64,000 bases of DNA from Eledone cirrhosa (GCA_964016885.1 OZ024744.1:14012001-14076000), one strand, 5' to 3'. Counted from the stretch's first letter, positions 1-16,456 are shown. Notes: a model not told the origin generated them from the letters alone. Translations and numbers: made by a program.

Positions 1-1331
1 GTCATGAGGGGGTTTGAGGGCGAGGTAAGTCCTATGCAATCGGTGTTTACATGCAGATACGAGTTCGTCTTTTTTGTTTAGGAGTTGGTCCTTCGTAAAC
101 AGCATTTGTATTGTTTCCTCCGAGCATAAGTTACACGGACGTCATCCTCCCGTGTAGGAATTAGCCCTGGAAAGTAAGCTCCAAGTAAGATTGTATGTTA
201 TGTTGTTATATTAGAGGTCCCAGATGTGGCCCGAAACTGTAGTGGCATGTCGCCGGGCCGGGTTTCGGAACGTATGTTGGTGTTGGTAGAGCCGGGTCTT
301 AAAGTCACAAGCGGTTAATCCTATATAGGCTTTGTTTGAGTTTTCCGCCCTCGCGTTGTATTGGTAGATCACATTACGTCCTCGGCATCTGTTATTGAGG
401 GGGCACGCAGATCTATCAGGGCAGTTACACCTCCTGGTCGGCTCTCCACTAATGTCTAGGTTGTTTCTTCCATAGGAGTTGAGTTTCTTGTTGTTTCAGG
501 GGGCGATGTTTTGTGCGAAGTTGGGTGTGGTGCTGTAAGAGAGTTTGATAGTGTTTTTGTTGATTATGTTGTGGTAGCGGTGTTGTGGTGGGAAGTGTTT
601 TTAGAGGGGCCTAAAGAAGATTTCCCGATTGGTGTTGCCACCGCGGTATTGTGGGGAGGGTTAAACCACGTTACGTGGCGTGAGCGGCGGTGTCGCCTGC
701 TGGTTCCGCTAAGGGAAGCTGGATAAAAATGGATTTCCTCCCGAAAGCCGCTTCGATTGAGGGCCTGGTTGTAATAAGGCGCATGTTCATCGAATATCTG
801 TTCATTAGTGGACAAACGAGATTTGCGGAGGGAGATCTTTTTAACCAGGTTATTGGTGATGTTTCCAGGATGGTTAGAGCGGCGGTGGATGTAGTGAAGG
901 TTGTCGTTTGGTTTCCTGTGTGGGTAGTACAGATCATTTTCGAGGTTGAGGGTAACGTCTAGGAAATTGATTCGGGTTAGAGACGTTTGTAAGGTGATTT
1001 TAAATCCCCAGTCCCGGAAGAAGTTGATTAGTTGTTTACGGACCCGGTCTGTACTACTGGCGTTGTACCCTTTGAGGGTAAATAGCCCATCGTCTCGGTA
1101 CAATCCACCGCCGAATGCAGGAAACATTTCGGTGAGTTTATATAGTAGGAACAATCCTTTAAGATCGGTCACCTCGGCCGAGTCGGTCGCGCCCATACTG
1201 ACGTCAAAGGAGGAGTCGGGAGCTCTCTTTATCCACTTGGAGTTGTCGAAAAGTAGGACTGTCTTCCTCGCGTGGAGAATGATGTTTCTTTCCTGGTCGG
1301 TAATGGGTGTGAGTGTTTTGACAAAGTCCAA
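1..1331 (-). mobile_element. Penelope-like element (Naiad-like), 5'-truncated, decayed RT + GIY-YIG; runs off the window start
   Basis: ORF 564-1331: FDVSMGATDSAEVTDL, GLYRDDGL, FLDVTL, WFNPP. Minus strand of ~430-20 reads CNCPDRSACPLNNRC..VIY..YIG..FKTRL, then CNLCSEE..LN..CKH. Confidence 0.9.
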
Positions 1332-1348
1332 AGTGGCCGTAAGGAGCG

Positions 1349-1462
1349 TTTTTCGAAATATTTACTTCTGCATTCACAGATTGATTTTTTTTAGTTTCAG
1401 AAAATCCCGTTAAGAGTGAAAGCAGCGATTCTTTGCTTAAACTTTAATCTGTTATTTTAATA
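1349..1462 (+). repeat. Unclassified dispersed repeat ending at (TA)n (copy 1 of 5)
   Basis: AAATATTTACTTCTGC..CAGATT..TTTCAGAA.ATCCCGTTAA..GAAAGCAGCGATTCTTTGCTTAAACTTTAATC recurs at 2371-2560(-), 8172-8378, 17750-17948 and 33256-33327. Confidence 0.85.
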
Positions 1463-1864
1463 TATATATATAATTATATATTCGTGTACAGATATTTTTA
1501 CATACACAAAAACAAAATATAAACAAACGTATTTATTTCACGAAAGCACAGACGGCTTATCGTCATTGTTACCGCCGATATGCCACCCAAAATGTCCCAC
1601 TACTTTTGGCACATGGCCAGCAATTACATAGTCAACGGTTCGGAAATCACATGCATCACTGACGAGCTTACTCCTTACTCTACCAGTTAGTCTTAGTGTA
1701 CTTCGTCCTGCTTTTAGGTCATACCTTGATGGAAAAGATACTCCATTGGCCGAAAAAGAACAAGGCGGGCAAATGAATCGTCAGTGGAATCTGCTATTCG
1801 ACGGTCGCAAGATGCCACCAAAAGAGCACGTGAAACAGACAACCAGCGAACCATTCGCCGAACC

Positions 1865-2364
1865 GTGTCAGCTTTGCAATGTCTATCAACAAATCCCAGG
1901 GTCAGACTCTAGCTGTTGCTGGTCTTCTTTTGGAAGAGTCATGTTTTTCACACGGGCAACTATACGTTGGCTGCTCAAGAGTGGGAAGCAAGACAAATCT
2001 CTTTGCATATGCCCGACACAGGAGAATAAGGAACATTGTGTACAAGGAGGTGCTACAATCATTGTTTAGGTAGACGAGGCAGAAAGGGATATACACGATT
2101 GGCTGAAGAAGGACGAGACTGTGTTAGTAGTACGACCAACGGCTGCTATCACACCAACCACAGAAAAAACAACAACAAAAAAGAGAGGGAACGCAATAAC
2201 ATGCTTTTGAAAAATCTGAATGGAAAATGATTTGCTTAAGCACAAAATGTAGAGACCATCCCCAGGCCGAGGTATTCCGTACTTCTCTGTGCTGTTTCAT
2301 AAAGGAGGGATAAACATGCCAATCTATGTTTAGAAGCCCGAGGAACGTCGGGCCATTTAGCTAG
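1865..2364 (+). mobile_element. Helitron 3' fragment (helicase C-terminus + 3' hairpin + CTAG)
   Basis: FAMSINKSQGQTL..FSHGQLYVGCSRVG..NIVYKEVL (Pif1-like motifs V/VI). Hairpin GCCCGA-GGAACG-TCGGGC at 2336-2353, followed by CTAG|T at 2361-2365. Confidence 0.9.
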
Positions 2365-2365
2365 T

Positions 2366-2560
2366 ATATATTAAAATAACATATTAAAGTTTAAGGAAAG
2401 AATCGCTGTTTCCCCCCTTAACGGGATCTTCTGAAACTAAAAAAATCAATCTGTGAACTCAGAAGTAAATATTTCGAAAAAAGTTACAACCGAAGGAAAA
2501 CAGGAAGACGATACATTGGTTCGTGGAGAAATTCCCTAGCAATGAACGGAAAAAAGCGAA
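2366..2560 (-). repeat. Unclassified dispersed repeat, inverted copy
   Basis: Reverse complement aligns with 8185-8378 and 1349-1462. Confidence 0.8.
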
Positions 2561-3009
2561 GTCACGTGGACGTTGGCGCAGTGGACAGTGGACGATTCGG
2601 TCTGTAGTAAATTGGAGACGGAAGACGAAGGCAACAACAGCAACATTGACAAAAACAACGACCCCGCATCTTGGGTGAAAAAAGGCATTCGACCCCCAGC
2701 AACCAGCCTGGCAGCCGAAATAGGTATCGGTATCAACTACCACTACCATTAACAAGAGGAAGGATACGACAGCGGCAGTGGCAACAACAACATATATGTG
2801 CATACAACAACATCTTACCAGCAATCACTACCACCTCAATTAATAAGAGGAAGCCAACTTTGGGCTTTCCGCTGGGAACAAACTCCTGTTTTCTTTTTGT
2901 ACATTCATCCATTCATTTATTTATTTGCTAACATTCTACATTCGTGTGCGTCCCCCTCCTTGCAAGCCCTTCTCTTTTATCTTGTCTTCTGTCGCCTCCA
3001 TATTTGATG

Positions 3010-6215
<3,206 letters not shown>

Positions 6216-6666
6216 TCTATAGCGAAAATTACTGCTAGGAAATACACCCGTCGAGGCTAGAGAACGTAAAACTTGTTGACGAAGTAAATCCTTTGTTCTG
6301 TCGTCAAAAGCCATTAACTTGCAGACCCCTGAAAGTGGAATTTGTCGATCTCGGATTTACAGAAACCTAGCGGAGATGTATGTTATATGTGATGTATATT
6401 GTATGCTATGCGTTATGTGTTGCGATGTCTACGCGATGATCCAGGTCAGTCACAAAATTTTTTCCTGAGTTCAGTTTTTTTCGTTGCTATGGCAATGCGC
6501 CCAGACCTTCGGTCGCTATATTTGATTTGCAAAGCTGTCTAAACGTATTGTTATAACTCTGGGTTAATATTCTCCATCGAGTGCTAAGCTGCATTCCGAA
6601 TCTGCATTCGTTAGCTTGGCCGCCGCCAAAAGCTTCGTTGATGATGTACTAACATTTGTATATATA

Positions 6667-6778
6667 TGAGTTCAAATCCCGCCGAGGTTAACTTTGCCTT
6701 TCATCCTTACGGGGTCGATAAAATAAAGTACCAGTAATGCTCTGGGTAATTTCTGGCCTTGTGCCAAACGTAGAAACA

Positions 6779-6779
<1 letters not shown>
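6667..6779 (+). mobile_element. tRNA-derived SINE, 5'-truncated
   Basis: B-box GAGTTCAAATCC, then GCCTTTCATCCTTACGGGGTCGATAAAATAAAGTACCAG and tail GGCCTTGTGCC..TAGAAAC. Same family as 28152-28335 and 59722-59900. Confidence 0.85.
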
Positions 6780-6851
<72 letters not shown>

Positions 6852-6854
<3 letters not shown>

Positions 6855-7650
6855 TTATATAGATAAAAGCGAGGATGTGTGTGTGTCTGTGTACAACTTT
6901 GCATACTTAAGGCTTTTATGTTAACAAAAAAACTTATTAAAGCACTGCCTTGACTTCACCTTACTCATTACAGAACTGAATTTAACCAAATTTTCTTTGC
7001 ACGTTGCACAGGCCGCTAAGATTGTCACATCACAAACATTTTTCAAATCGACCCACGTTGAGCAATAAAAAATCAATATTAAATTTATCGGTAGCAAAAT
7101 TGATGTAAGGAAGATAACCAACTTTATTGACAATCCTTATAAAAAAGGGAAATAACCTTTAAATCCTCCTGGTTTACCTCCTAATACATTGGTTCTGAAT
7201 GTTATTTTGCTGAGAAATATCACTCCTCCAAAACTATGCAATGGTAAACGCCTTGTGGTTAAAAAAGTGTCTCTACTTAGTATTGACGCTACCATTCTAT
7301 CCGGATGTGGAAAAGGCGAGGATGTGATAATAACAAAAATTAGCCTGATTACATCAGGCGTGGATACTCCCTTCTCCTTTCGCCGAACCCAATTTCCCCT
7401 TCGTGTTGCCTTTACGATGTCCATAAACAAGTCGCAAGGTCAAACTCTGTCCTTCGCTGGAATTCACTTGGATGAACCTTGCTTTTCGCACGGACAATTC
7501 TACGGTGCCTGCTCACGAGTTGGTAGTCGAGATAATCTCTTTGCGTTTGTTCCGAAAATAAAAACAAAGAATATCGTCTATCCTGAAGTGCTTTAGTGTT
7601 AACAAAAAAACTTATTACAGCACTGCCTTGACTTCACCTTACTCATTACA
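6852..7650 (+). mobile_element. Internally deleted Helitron (5' TC end + helicase C-terminal fragment); 3' end not located
   Basis: Starts A|TCTTTATATAGATAAAAGCGAGGATGTGTG, similar to the 5' end of the 63035-63749 element. ORF 7189-7596: LRNITPPKLCNGKRL..RRTQFPLRVAFTMSINKSQGQTL..FSHGQFYGACSRV. A ~54 bp direct repeat at 6919 and 7598 flanks the coding piece. Confidence 0.85.
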
Positions 7651-8171
7651 AAACATACCAATGAATATGTCATGCAGGATATTTTGGATTATAAGTTAAA
7701 AATTTAACCATACACAGCAAATGATGTTCTCAAAGAATAGATTTTCTCTTATTCTACTCTCATTGTTTTTTTGGGGTTTGTATACAACTCTGCTTTCATT
7801 ACAACTTTTTGTACTTTAGCAAAACTGCCTGTTTTTTTACAGATTTGCAACGTGTATTGTCTTTAATCATTTATATAACTACATCCTGTTCAGTGTTTTC
7901 CTTCATTATCAGCATAGTTTTATGTGTACAAAGATTGCACTAAATATTCGTTTGCATTAATTATTGAAGACCTCTGCTTATTTTGACAGGTTGGGGACAA
8001 ATAATGTTCTTCTTTTACTTCCTAGCTGTATATTCTTAGCATAATTTCAAACCCCAAGCAACGCCAGATAAATCTGCTAGTATATAATATAGTAATAATA
8101 ATAAATTTGAAGACTAAAATCCAAAGAGGGCTCGATGAGGATAAATATATATCAAATATATAAGAACCGTA

Positions 8172-8371
8172 GAATGACGTATTATCTTCGTTTTTTCCCC
8201 GTTCTTTGCCAGGGAACGTTTCCACGAACCAAAGTATGGTCTTCCAGTCTTCCTTCGGTTGCAACGTTTTTTAAAATATTTACTTCTGCGTTCACAGATT
8301 GACTGTTTTAGTTTCAGAAGATCCCGTTAAGGGTGAAAGCACCGATTCTTTGCTTAAACTTTAATCAGTTA

Positions 8372-8378
<7 letters not shown>
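8172..8378 (+). repeat. Unclassified dispersed repeat ending at (TA)n
   Basis: Aligns with 17750-17948 and 1349-1462. Confidence 0.8.
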
Positions 8379-8446
<68 letters not shown>

Positions 8447-8453
<7 letters not shown>

Positions 8454-8835
8454 TACTGTATGTTTAATTTAAAACATTTTGGCCCTTGTGCTATCATTTT
8501 AAAGTAGTGACTATGTCACTTACTTCTTTTTTCAGCAAAGGAAGGAAGATAAGCTGACAGATCTGTTTCACACTGTTGGTGTTCATCAGAGCCTACTACT
8601 CGCCGACCTCTGCGAAAATTATAGAGGCTGGATTCTTATAGAATTCCAGTAATAATCAGGAACTAATTATACAGAGCGATTGCCGGTCCAGTAAAAATTT
8701 AAAAAATTAGGATTGGTGCTCTGAAATAGCGATGTATACATGAATGTATGTATAGTATATTTGGTGATATACTGTATGTTTAATTAAAAACATTTTGAAG
8801 ACCTTGCACTATTATTTTAAAGTAGTGACTATGTT
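8447..8835 (-). mobile_element. Retrozyme-like ~317 bp unit plus partial second unit, containing a hammerhead
   Basis: Direct repeat GTGATATACTGTATGTTTAATT...AAAGTAGTGACTATGT at 8448-8517 and 8764-8835; no ORF; HHR at 8550-8595. Confidence 0.6.
8550..8595 (-). ncRNA. Type I hammerhead ribozyme
   Basis: TAGGCT CTGATGA ACAC-CAACA-GTGT GAAA CAGATCTG TC AGCTTA; canonical core, palindromic stem III. Confidence 0.9.
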
Positions 8836-11700
8836 AGTAGGGGAGGTGGGCGGTCGAAGGCTAAAGGAATAGGGGTGGGGAGTTCAGGTTGGGGGGGGGG
8901 GTCTGTAGGGTGAAGATGGTGTGTTGTTCGATCGTGAGGCGGGTGGCGGGTGTCCCATAGCATTGGATCAGGCCACAGATTGTGAGATGGTGGGCGGAAT
9001 GTCCAGGGGAGCCAAAGTGGCGGCCGATGGGGGAACTCCTGCCGAGACGAATATCTCGGAGGTGCTCCGTGAACCGATCCGCCAGGCGACGTCCAGTCTG
9101 TCCGAAGTAGGTTGCGCTTCACTCCGTGCAGCGAAGTCCATAGACGAGGTTGGAGGAGGTGCAGCGCAAGGCGTGCCGGGCAGAGAGATAGAGAGAGTGG
9201 CCGTTGGGACCCTGGAAGGTGGTGGTGTTGGTGATGTGGGGGCAGATGTGGCAGCGAGGCCTGGAGCAGGGAAGGGAACCGGGGGAAGAAGAGCATGAAT
9301 TGGGTGGGTAGGGAGCTGTGTACGAGGGAGCGGAGATTACGCGCGCGTTTGAAGGAGGGGAGAGGGTGGGGTTGGGAAGATGGGGAGGTGGAGGGATCTG
9401 ACTGGAGGCGTCGGAAGAGGCGGAGGATGGTGCGGTGGAGGGGTATGGTGGAGGAATGGTAGGTGATGGGGAAGGGGAGGCGGTGGGTGTGCGGCGGCGT
9501 GGGTTGAGGGCGGTGGAGCGGTGGTCAGCACGGGCGCGAGTGAGGGCGGTGTTGGACGAGGGAGGGGCTAACCTCTCCGGATGAAATGGCTGACTAGAGA
9601 AAGGGCCTGGACTCGAAGTCAGCATCTCGGCTGCAGAGGCGGCGGATCCGGAGGAGTTGGGAGTAGGGAATAGAGTGTTTAGTGTGTGTAGGGTGGGAGG
9701 ACGTGAAGTCGAGGTAGGAGTGGGAGTCGGTGGGTTTGAAGAAAGCGGAGGTGACGATGGAGCGGTGGGAGGGGTCGATGGCGATGGAGATGTCCAAGAA
9801 GTGGACGTGGGTGATGGAGATAGAGGTGGTGAAGTGGAGGGAGGGGTGGAAGGAGCAGAATAAGGAGAGAAAGGAGTCGAGCTGTTCTCGGGTGAGGCTC
9901 GTGGCTCCAATACAGTCGTCAATGTAACAGCGGCACAGTTCGGGCGTGGAGCCGGTATATTGGGCAAAGATTTGGGCCTCAACATGGCCAATGAAAAGGT
10001 TGGCATAGTTTGGGCCCATTCTTGTGCCTATGGCTACCCCAGTGACTTGTAGGTAAAACTCAACCGAAAAGGAGAAGCAGTTGGGGGTGAGAACCAGCTC
10101 GGTGAGGCGAAGGAGGGTGGGGTGGAGGGGATGGGAGAGTGGCGAAGGTTGAGGTAGTGCTGGAGGGCACGTAGGCCGTCGGCGTGGGGGATAACTGTGT
10201 AGAGGGACTTAATATCTAGGGTGAAGAGTATGGGGTGTGGGCCGGGTGGGAAAGTGAGGGAGTCGAACAGGCGAAGGGCGTGGTTGGTGTCGGAGATGTG
10301 GGGGGGGGGAGGGTGGTGACGAGGGGGGCGCGAGGATGGAGTCAAGAAAGCCGGAGATGAGTTCTGTGGGGCAGTTGCAAGCGGAGACCATGGGGCGGCC
10401 TGGGTTGTCGGGTTTGGGGAGTTTGGGGAGGAAGTAGGAGGGGTGGGGGTGCGGACGATGAGGTGGGAAGGAGGAGGGAGGTGGAGACAAGGTGTTGGAT
10501 GGTGGAGGAAACGTGTTGTTGGTAGAAGGGTGTTGTGTCGGAGGGTAGAGGGCGGTAGAAGAGGGGGTTATGGAGCTGCCTGAGGGCTTCTGCCGTGTAG
10601 AGGTCAGCGCGCCACACCACCACGGCGCCTCCCTTGTCCGCCGGTTTGATGACGATGTCGTCTCGGCTACGGAGGGAGCAGAGAACGAGGAGTTCGCCCC
10701 ATGTGATGTTATGCTGTTTGGAACGGTGGCGGAAGTCGAAGTGATTTACTGCGCTACGGCTGGCGTCGACGAATGTGTCCAGGGTGCTAAATTGCCCGGT
10801 TGGCGGAGTCTAAGACGATGGTCGTCAGCGCAGGGCGAGAAAGGGGTCTGGGGCGTTCGGAGCCGGTGGGGTTTGGTGAAAATGTGCCTGTAGCTTGCTG
10901 CGTCGCACGAATCGCTCGACATCCGCTCGGGTGCGGAACTCGAGGTATGAAGGGGTGTGAGGTATGAAGCGCAGGCATCTACTGAGGAGTGAGCGCTCAG
11001 GTGTGGAGAGGGGAGGTCTGGGGGTATGGTGACAACAAGTGAGGGCAGGGGGTGCGTTTTGGGTGGGACAAGGGGGACGGGATGGTGTGGGGGTGATATG
11101 GAGGGGAAGATGGGGTAGGGGTGTGATACGGGGGAGGTGTGGGAAGGGTGAGGTGCGGGTGGGGTGTCACGGGGGCGGGTGGGGCTGGCGGAAGGTGTTG
11201 GTGGGGAAGAGTGAGTGTAGCTTAAGGGCTTTGGTGGAGGTGAGGAAGGAGAAGAGGACGTGGTTGAGGTTTTGGATGAAGAGGAAGATGGAGTGGGGGA
11301 GGAGGGGTGTCACGCGGAGTTGAGGCGGAGGAGGGTGGGGGTGAGTTTGTGGTCAAGGTTTCGGATGGTAGGGGGAGGAGCGGATGGAGTTGCTCATTAG
11401 GAGGCGCGAGTACCGGGTGAGGATACGTTGGGTGGCGGGGGAAGACGAGGGGGAGGTGTGGAAGTATAGTCGGAAGCCAAGGGGGATGAGGTGGAGGCGG
11501 AGGCAGTGGCTGAGGAAATGGTTGTGGCTGGAGTGCCTGGTTTTGGCGAAGAGAAGGTAGGAAAGTTGGAGGGCCGAAGGGAGATAGCAGGGTGGGAGGA
11601 GGGGGGTGAGGAAATGTTTAAGGCGGGTGTGGAGTTGGTAGAGAAAGGATTTCAAGCTGGGCATGGTGGTTGTGGAGTGTAAAGTAGGAGGTCGGTGGAA
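8836..11700 (-). mobile_element. Neptune-type Penelope-like element, near full-length, frameshifted
   Basis: HFLSHCLRLHLIPLGF; IKPADKGGAVVVW; LPK.PKPDNPGRP; LFTLDIKSLYTVIPH; MGPNYANLF; YIDD; HFLDI; FKPTDSHSYL..SSHP..SIPYSQ; PC.RPRC..C; CTSSNLVY...GQTGRRLADRITEH. Confidence 0.9.
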
Positions 11701-11881
11701 GAGAGGCGAACTGTGTGGTGTGGGGGGTGGGGGAACGAAGCGGTAAGTGCAAAAAGGGTAAACAGAGACGGGGGAGGGAAAATCAAAACAAAATTATCAT
11801 AAGGTGGTGAAGGGTGGAGAGGGGATAGGGAGGCGGGAGATCCGAGCGGGGAGGGCTGAAGGTGGTATTTGTGTAAGGGTG

Positions 11882-11884
<3 letters not shown>

Positions 11885-11939
<55 letters not shown>

Positions 11940-11975
11940 TGTGTGTGGGTGTGTGTATGTGTGGGTGTGTGTGTC
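11885..11975. repeat. (GT)n microsatellite
   Basis: Seen directly. Confidence 0.95.
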
Positions 11976-12679
11976 TATGTGAGAGTTGGGGGAAGAACGA
12001 GGTTCCATGTTCAGGTAAAAGGGAAACCGGTGTGTACGCGGGGTGGGGTGTAAGTCGGTGTGTGCGTGCGCGTGGATAGAGAGGGGAGGGGGAGAGGCGT
12101 GTGGAGTCCGGAGGCTGAGTGTGTGTATGTGAGGATAAACACGTGTGTGTTTGTGTTTATATGGTGTGGATGTAGGTGGTGTGGTTCAAAAATAATATAA
12201 GTGTTTGTTGGTGTGTATGTTCCTAAGATATTTCCCCGGAGTGTGAGACAAGATGTTGGAGATTCCACGTGTCGTAGGATGGAGAGCTGGAGCGATGACC
12301 GGTGGTGTGAAATCCTGGTGTGGTAGTGCGGAAGTGGAGAGATGTGGGGTGCGCGCGCAACAGGAAGTGGTCAGAGGGTGAAGGCAGGGTGAAGAGATAA
12401 CAGTAGAGGAGGATGACAGGTAAAGAAGGGGTCTGTATGTGGTGTGGACTGTGTGTCTGTGTGCGCGGAGGTACGGTGGACAGGGGAGAGAATGGGTAGG
12501 TGTGAAAGGTGGAGGGAGAAGGTGGTGGTGTGGGGGGATGGTGTGTGAGGGGGTGTAGGTGGAGCGGGGCGAGAGAGAGAAAAGGTGTTGGGGACGGAGG
12601 AGGGAGTGTAGGTACTGGTGTGTGTGTGCATGTTTGGATATGAGTGTGTGTTTATAATAACAATAATAGCAACACACAC

Positions 12680-15600
12680 AACTATGACGGTAGATGTAAT
12701 GACAACCCCTTAGAGAAACTATTCTTCAACCCAGCTGACAAAACATATAAGATGGGTAATATCTATCCTACGAGGTTACCCTTTAATAAAAGAGTTTGCA
12801 TACCACAACAAATAGATGACGAGACAGAGGCACAGTTCACCATAGCTAGAAATAAGATTAGACAAATAGTAGACCGGTTTACTAAAAGACAGAGCAGACC
12901 AGAGGTCCAACAACTTGGGAGGAAACCTGTAGAAGGCTTGGTTAGCCTCAAGCAGCGCACAAGGGATGGTGAGGTAGTATGTCTACCCACGGATAAGTCT
13001 GGTAGGATGTCAATAGACAGAATGCCGAACTACATCAAGGTTATGCAACCCCACATCACCAACACGAGCGAAATTGCACAGCAAATACATGATGGGAGAG
13101 AGAAAATCCTCAACGCTCACATAATGATGTGGACCGACATCCTAAAGCCAAGCAGACGCACTGCCAACAAATTCCAGCTGTCTAACAATGGCATACCACC
13201 CTTGTATGGGATCCGCAAAGACCACAAGACAGTCGACGACCCGACAACAGGACCACCAACAAGACCCGTATGCGGAGCAAATAAGGCTAGAAACTACAGG
13301 ATCTCCTACTTCCTCTCAATGGTTATACGCCCAATAATCAAGATCTCCCCAGATGTATGTGACAGTACAGAGGACCTCCTCAGCAGAATCAGTGAGTGCA
13401 ACAAAAACAGTAACCTATCCAACTGCATAATAGGCAGCATGGATGTGGTATCACTGTACCCATCCATTAACATTGATTTTGCTGTGGAAAAATGTGTGGA
13501 GATGATCATTGAGAGTGAGGTGGAGTTCTGCGACGTCGACACAGACAAACTGGGCCTCCTACTTAGACTTACCTACGACACTGACTACCTAGACAGCCAT
13601 GACCTTAGACGTTTCTGCCCTAGTAGACCCATAAGAGGTAGACCCGCCACCATAACCTCAATGGCTAAAAAGACTCCCACGGGAAGGTGGATTGGGTGAA
13701 CCAAAGCTATACGGACCCCCAAAACAGTGATCAGGTAAGAAAAATGGTCGCACATGCAATAGGGGCTAGTGTCAAAACTACCCTAAAGGGCCACATATTC
13801 AAGTTCAACGAGAAGATCTACACCCAAAATGAGGGAGCAGCCATTGGCGTCAGCATAGCTGGTGACGTTGCCAACCTTTTTATGGTATGGTGGGAAAGGA
13901 GACTTAAAGGTCTCCTTGATGAGAGCTCCATAGACCTTATCATGTACTCTCGTTACGTAAACGATATCAATATAGTAATAAGAACATCCCCACAAGAGAT
14001 CACTAACAAGTTTCATTTAGAACGTAGGACAATGGAATCATCCAGCAGATAGCTAATTCCATACACCAGAGTATAACTGTAACTATCGACTACCCTTCCA
14101 AACACCCTAACAATAGACTACCTGTATTAGACACGGAACTCTGGATTAACACTATAGACGAGAGAGCCCAAATTCTCCACTCACACTATGCTAAACCCAT
14201 GGCCTCCAAATACCTGATACTCAAAAACTCAGCAATGTCCAGTAGTGCTAAGTTTAATATTCTGATCGCAGACTTGGTACGAGTGATGAAGAACGTGTCC
14301 CGCATGTGCGACCCAACAGAAATGGAAAGACACATCCAACACTTCATCAACCGCATGCAGTTCTCTGGCTACAACCAAAGAGACAGAATCAGAGTATACG
14401 AAGGAGCCACGGAGAAGTATAAGACCCTCATAGAACTGGACATGAAAGGAATTTGCCCATTATACAGGAGCAAATCATGGAATAGCTTAGATAGGGCTAG
14501 ACATAAGATAGGGAAAGCCACCTCATGGTACGACAACCAGAGATACCAGAGTGTCATGTTTGTGGACGCTACCCCTGGAGGGAAATTAGCTAACCAGTGT
14601 AGAAAGACCCTGAGAAAGACCCACTTAAAGATTAAGGTGGTAGAAAAGCCAGGAACCACCATAAAATCCATGATCAGCAAAACCTACCTTTTTAATAAAA
14701 CCCACTGTACTAATAGGAAATGTATCATATGTAAAGTAAACCCCCGGATAAACTGTAAAACTAGAAACGTAGTCTATAGCATAAGATGTACAGAGGGTAC
14801 TTGCAGAAACATGACAACAACATACATAGGCGAGACAGCTCGTAGCATAGGTGAAAGGATAGACCAACACTGGGGGGGGGGGGGGACTAAAAGGACGAAA
14901 AAACGGTTCAGTACTATACGAACATGCCAGACAACAACACGACGGTAACATAGACAATAAAAAAATCGAATAACATCTAAACATAGAAATGACCCAGCAG
15001 ATAGGCAAATCAGAGAGGCCAGTGAAATAGAACTTAGAAGGCCAAGGCTAAACAGAAAAAATGAATGGAATAACAACACCCAAGCAAACAACACTGACCT
15101 AAGAGAAGTATAAATAAATAAATAAATAAATAAATAAATAGATAAATAAATAAATACATGCACAAGCACAATAACAACAAACACATATAAACACACACTA
15201 GTAAATATAGAATACATTAACCAATACACAGTCACCCAATCACGAACACACATCAAACAAAACACTATATACACGCAAACGCATGCGCAAAGAAGACAAA
15301 AAAAAACAAACAAATAAATAAATATATAAACTGACTAAATAAAGATGGCGTAGACATACGATGCAACGGGAGGAAACAATAGCACCACTGACGATGTTGC
15401 AGATGTGCAACGAAAGAACTTTGATAGACTATATATATGTGTTTGCGTCTATAATGTATCTGTATTTTTGACCGTTGGTCAGTCAATGGCAACATTGAGG
15501 ACCGAATAAATTAAATTAACCGATATAAAAGACACAGAAGCGAAAAGCGAAAACCAACCAAACAGTGAGTGTGTTCTGTTATTAATTCTGGCAATATTAC

Positions 15601-15680
15601 ACAAATATGACCCTCCCCAAGTATAACAATATTTGTTTGACACACGATTTCATATTAAAAAAAAACTCGCAAAACTATAT
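12680..15680 (+). mobile_element. Penelope-like element of a third lineage (RT + GIY-YIG) with 3' pLTR and hammerhead
   Basis: PTDKSGRMS, PPLYGIRKDHK, PTRPVCGA, GSMDVVSLYPSI, GAAIG, YSRYVND, LPVLD, KPMASK..SAMS, RMQFSGY, C..C..C..C.TRNVVY..C..YIGETARS..ERI. The ORF ends near 15070. Confidence 0.88.
15384..15425 (+). ncRNA. Minimal type I hammerhead ribozyme (stem I imperfect)
   Basis: ACCA CTGACGA T-GTTGCA-GATG-TGCAAC GAAA G-AA-C TT TGAT. Confidence 0.7.
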
Positions 15681-15729
15681 ATATATAAATATGAAAACAT
15701 GGCGTGCTGCGTGGTTGCAAATGGGTTAC

Positions 15730-16435
15730 ATATGAATAATTTAGTCCTTCATCAGTGATCTTCCAACCTTCATTGGTATTTCATCGCTTTAAAGACCATA
15801 TACCTCCGGTTGGTGCGAGCAACGGCTAAAGAAAGTCGTTGGGACACGTAAATATGGGGAACGAGCGAGACAGTAAACAATCAAAGATGGTAATACAACG
15901 AAAAGTGAGGAAGAAGGAGTCAAGTCCCTGAAATCGATGAACATAAGTTCTGTGAAATCGTGGACGAGAGAGAATAAAGACCATCAAACCTGGTCGAAAT
16001 GTGAGTAAGGAAAGAATTTCGCACAGGTCAAACGGGAGGAAGAAGGAGTCAAGTCCCTGAAATCGGTGAACATACGATTTCACAGAACTTATGTTCACCG
16101 ATTTCAGGGACTTGACTCCTTCTTCCTCCCGTTTGACCTGTGCGAAATTCTTTCCTTACTCACATTTCGACCAGGTTTGATGGTCTTTATTCTCTCTCGT
16201 CCACTATTTCACAGAACTTATGTTCATCGATTTCAGGGACTTGACTCCTTCTTCCTCACTTTTCGTTGCATTACCATCTTTGACTGTTTATTGTCTCGCT
16301 CGTTCCCCTTATTTACGTGTCCCAACGACTTTCTTTAGCCGTTGCTCGCACCAACCGGAGGTATATGGTCTTTAAAGCGATGAAATACCAATGAAGGTTG
16401 GAAGATCACTGATGAAGGACTAAATTTATTCATAT
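15730..16435. repeat. ~345 bp near-perfect inverted repeat (fold-back) with ~15 nt spacer
   Basis: 15730-16074 is the reverse complement of 16089-16435. The mirror ORFs 15826(-) and 16066(+) give nearly the same peptide. The right arm ends at (TA)n. Confidence 0.95.
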
Positions 16436-16456
16436 ATATATATATATATAAGTATA

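Noticed and set aside
6325-6378. CTGAAAG-stem-GAAA CCTAGCGG motif
   Set aside because: No UH site and no stem I.
7189-7596. Host PIF1 helicase gene
   Set aside because: Only a C-terminal fragment, inside Helitron-type termini.
15826-16338. Duplicated 90 aa ORFs
   Set aside because: By-product of the inverted repeat; no recognisable domain.
16405-16425. CTGATGA in the fold-back arms (also 15749 on minus)
   Set aside because: No following stem II-GAAA.
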